DNA of 63,809 bases, counting the filler, from Moniliella sp. 'wahieum' (Eukaryota), in NCBI GenBank assembly GCA_003971905.1. It is 3 parts of 3 records of this genome, joined end to end, with 100 filler letters (N's around TTAATTAATTAA, not from the genome) between each part and the next. Parts side by side here need not be neighbours in the genome. Positions count along the whole stretch, not along the records: positions 52,317 to 63,809 come from RSEE01000216.1; 2 more parts are not named here. One strand, 5' to 3'. Shown here piece by piece: positions 61,374 through 63,809 of this stretch. Every line of letters begins with the position of its first letter. The stretch's first letter is position 1. Made by a program: the position numbers and the translations under genes. Under the pieces are notes generated by a model. The model saw nothing but the letters and a program-made list of their open reading frames with translations. It was not told the DNA's origin and made no database searches.

Positions 61374-63809
61374 TCAAGGCGCTGGAGAAGGACAGGGACC
61401 GGGGGCATGAGCCAAAGGGCTACAATGACTCAAAGTTGACTCCTGCAAGAGGGAGAGAACGTGGTCAGCACACAGTCCGACGCAATGCGGCAACGCGGAC
61501 TTGCCAAGCGGAAGGGGGGGAAGGAGGGGGGGAGCGTACTCGTTTGAATCGAATCGGAACCAGCGACGGAGGGGTCGTCAAGCCGGACTTGGCGCGCACC
61601 CTGGACGACTTGGATGACGCCCTGGGAGGCGAGGGCCAGAGCTGCCGCCCGCACTATGGGCAACGCCGCACGCCAATAGGGGGCATGGGCAAGGCGGCGG
61701 AGCGCATATGCCGTACCAGCCGCTCTTCTCGCCCTTCTTCCTCCCGACCGGCCGACGTCGAGCTCTCCTGGACACCCGACGCTCGCGATTCCACGCGCGA
61801 ACCGGAGCCCGAGCCAGACCCCGAGCCTGAGCCCGAACCGGGCGAGTCGAGCGCCCAGCAGCGCATCGCTCTGCTCGTTGCCACTCACCGTGGTGGGCAC
61901 CGACGTTGGCGTGCCTCGCGCCAACGAGTGCATCGAGGTGGAAACGAGCTGGGCTGGACAGAGCCAGAAGAACGACTGCTATCGTTGTTCGAGTTGGACG
62001 ATCCTTCTTCCCCTGAGCCCGACGAGCCCGATCCGCCGCCCCCGGATCCAGGCCCCGACCCCAGACCAGACCCAGATCCAGATCCAGATCCAGACCCAGA
62101 CCCAGACCCAGACCCGGAGGCAGAGGCAGAGGCAGACACGTATACGGTCGAGTTGGAGCTGCCGCTCGGGCCGGCGGGCGAGGCAGGTAGGCCAAGGTAG
62201 AGTCATTGTAGTTCGCTTTGGCGGGATGGATGGCGGTGCAGAAGCGAAGCATGGGGCGGGAGAGCGCGGGAATGATGTGGGCAGGGCATAGCGCGTACAG
62301 AGGCAGGAGGAGGCAGTTCGTGGTGGGAATCCAGCGGGCGAACCATATGGTAGTCTGTCGCGGCCGGCGCGGCACCTTGCTGCGTGGCAGCTTGGTGGCG
62401 CGACAGGCCGAGGCCCGAAGCAGAAGGAGCGCGCGAAGCAAGTGGCACAGAAGCGGCTGCCCCACCTGCTCCGTACCCGACTCATGCTCCGAATCTTGAT
62501 CCGACACATTGCCCGAGTCACCAGCCTCGTCGGACCGCGCCGTGCCTCATCCGCCGCCTCCGCACGGCACGGAGCACATCGGGGGCATACATGTACCCAT
62601 ACTCTCCTCCCCCCAGGCTCGGAGGAGAGGAGGCAGAAGCGCACGCATACGGCGGCGATGGTTGTTCTCCCATCGTCGGCGCATTCGGTTGGGTTCCCCG
62701 TACGCAAGGGCAGCGCCCGCTGCACCATCCGAATAAGGCACCGCCGACTGGCCATCCGTATCCGTTGTATCCGTCGAATCAGCCGAATCCGTGCCATCCG
62801 TCCCAGGCGGCGCGGCATGCGCATTGGAAGGCGAAGCGGCGCGACAAGCACGGTGGTTTAAGGTGGCGGGCGCTGAGGCGGGTGCAGAAGGAACCATTGG
62901 AGGAGAAGAGGAGCCGGAGGAGCCTCCCGATCCAGACGTGGAAACGGAGACCGCCGACCCACCCGAGCCAGCGGCCAAACTGCTACCGGTCGAATGCGCG
63001 CCACCCGAACCCAAGCCCGACCGAGGCGCCGGGCTGGGTCCCGACGACGACGGGTCGGACCGGCGAGGCACATTGCTGCTCGGGCTGCCTCTCGCACCGT
63101 GAGGAGGCATGCCGCGCCACGTCCGAAGGGCAAACACTGCACCAGGACTACGCCGCAGCAACGCTTGGATGGCCATCTTCACATCCTCCTGCGACGGAAT
63201 CGAAATTTCCTCCACAGGCGGCCACACGTATTCGGGAGGCGCACGGAACGTACGAGGATCGGCCGACGGTGACGGTTCTGCACTATCAGTTGGAGCCGAA
63301 CGGCGAAGTGGAGATATGCGCTTGGCAGGAGAGGCAGCTGAGCCTGAGCCCGAGCCTGAGCCGGCTGAGCCAGAAGTTGGAGTATACGAGCGACAGGAAA
63401 CACGGGCAGCCGATGAGAAGGAGCCGGGCCGTGTAGCGGCGGACCTGAGGACGAGCACCAGTGTCCCGTTCGGGTGCAGGCTGATTGGAGGGGAAGTCGC
63501 GCAGGCGACGAGGGGGACGCGTGCGGTGGCGTTGGGGCCACGCGCTTGGGTCGAGGAGGGGTAGTGAATTGAGGTTGGTACGAGTGGGAAACGAAGAGGA
63601 AGGGTGGTGGGCGGCAGTAGTAGGAGACGTGGTTACCGCCCTCGCATTAGGTCGGGCGCGCTTGCTGTGGCAGAGCGAGATGCGGATGTCGGGGGCGGGG
63701 GCGGGGCCGGTCTCGAGCGGTGACTGCGGGTGCGACGGTTGCGTGGGCGTTGGTTGACCCGGGCGGCAGAGGAAGATGTTAGGGGCGGGGCGGGGAAAGA
63801 AGGGCGCTG
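61374..63809 (-). CDS. Largely disordered protein containing a split DUF3253-like domain; 5' end outside the window; probable 3' intron at about 61538-61443
   Basis: N-half EDVKMAIQALLRRSPG.SVCPSDVARH (about 63190-63107). C-half YWRAALPIVRAAALALASQGVIQVVQG..V...GPIRFKR (about 61680-61539). Each half needs one indel corrected. Confidence 0.65.

Noticed and set aside
2531..63809. Pervasive frameshifts suggesting mass pseudogenisation, programmed frameshifting or RNA editing
   Set aside because: The indels hit essential genes (RLP24, POL31) and even the tRNA stem, often at homopolymers, while the protein motifs stay well conserved. Uncorrected sequencing error is the simplest explanation.
7900..63809. 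Many long overlapping or antisense Arg/Ala/Pro-rich ORFs in the ORF track
   Set aside because: They are expected shadow ORFs of high-GC coding sequence and show no independent motifs.

Overview
The window is the telomere-proximal end of a GC-rich, intron-poor fungal chromosome. It starts with (CCCTAA)4, and the gene styles suggest a basidiomycete, possibly Ustilaginomycotina (inference). The assembly is error-prone: nearly every gene, including essential ones, is broken by single-base indels, so gene models below are stitched across frames and boundaries are approximate. Two 100-nt spacers (N44-TTAATTAATTAA-N44) at 24956-25055 and 52217-52316 split the window into three contigs whose true adjacency is unproven. 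Gene order after about 1 kb of subtelomeric repeats: candidate small secreted protein, alpha/beta hydrolase, NAD(P)HX dehydratase, RLP24, candidate secreted protein, POL31, Mug190-like SMP/C2 protein, two weak secreted-protein candidates, Rds1-like ferritin-fold protein, hypothetical, Ser/Thr-rich surface protein, intron-containing tRNA-Glu(UUC), DUF3405 | gap | MRC1, F-BAR/SH3 (Hof1/Cdc15), LIM-RhoGAP (Lrg1), peroxisomal enoyl-CoA isomerase, penta-EF-hand Pef1, Bud4/anillin-like, hypothetical, SER3, EthA-type monooxygenase | gap | Vps37, Axl2, SYLF protein, and a protein with a split DUF3253 domain. Main leads: a concentration of septation, polarity and membrane-repair genes; a DUF3253 domain interrupted by about 1.4 kb; a cadherin-like repeat C-terminal to the Axl2 transmembrane helix; cryptic secreted proteins in lower-GC islands; and recurrent promoter motifs. 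No clearly novel system can be established from sequence alone.
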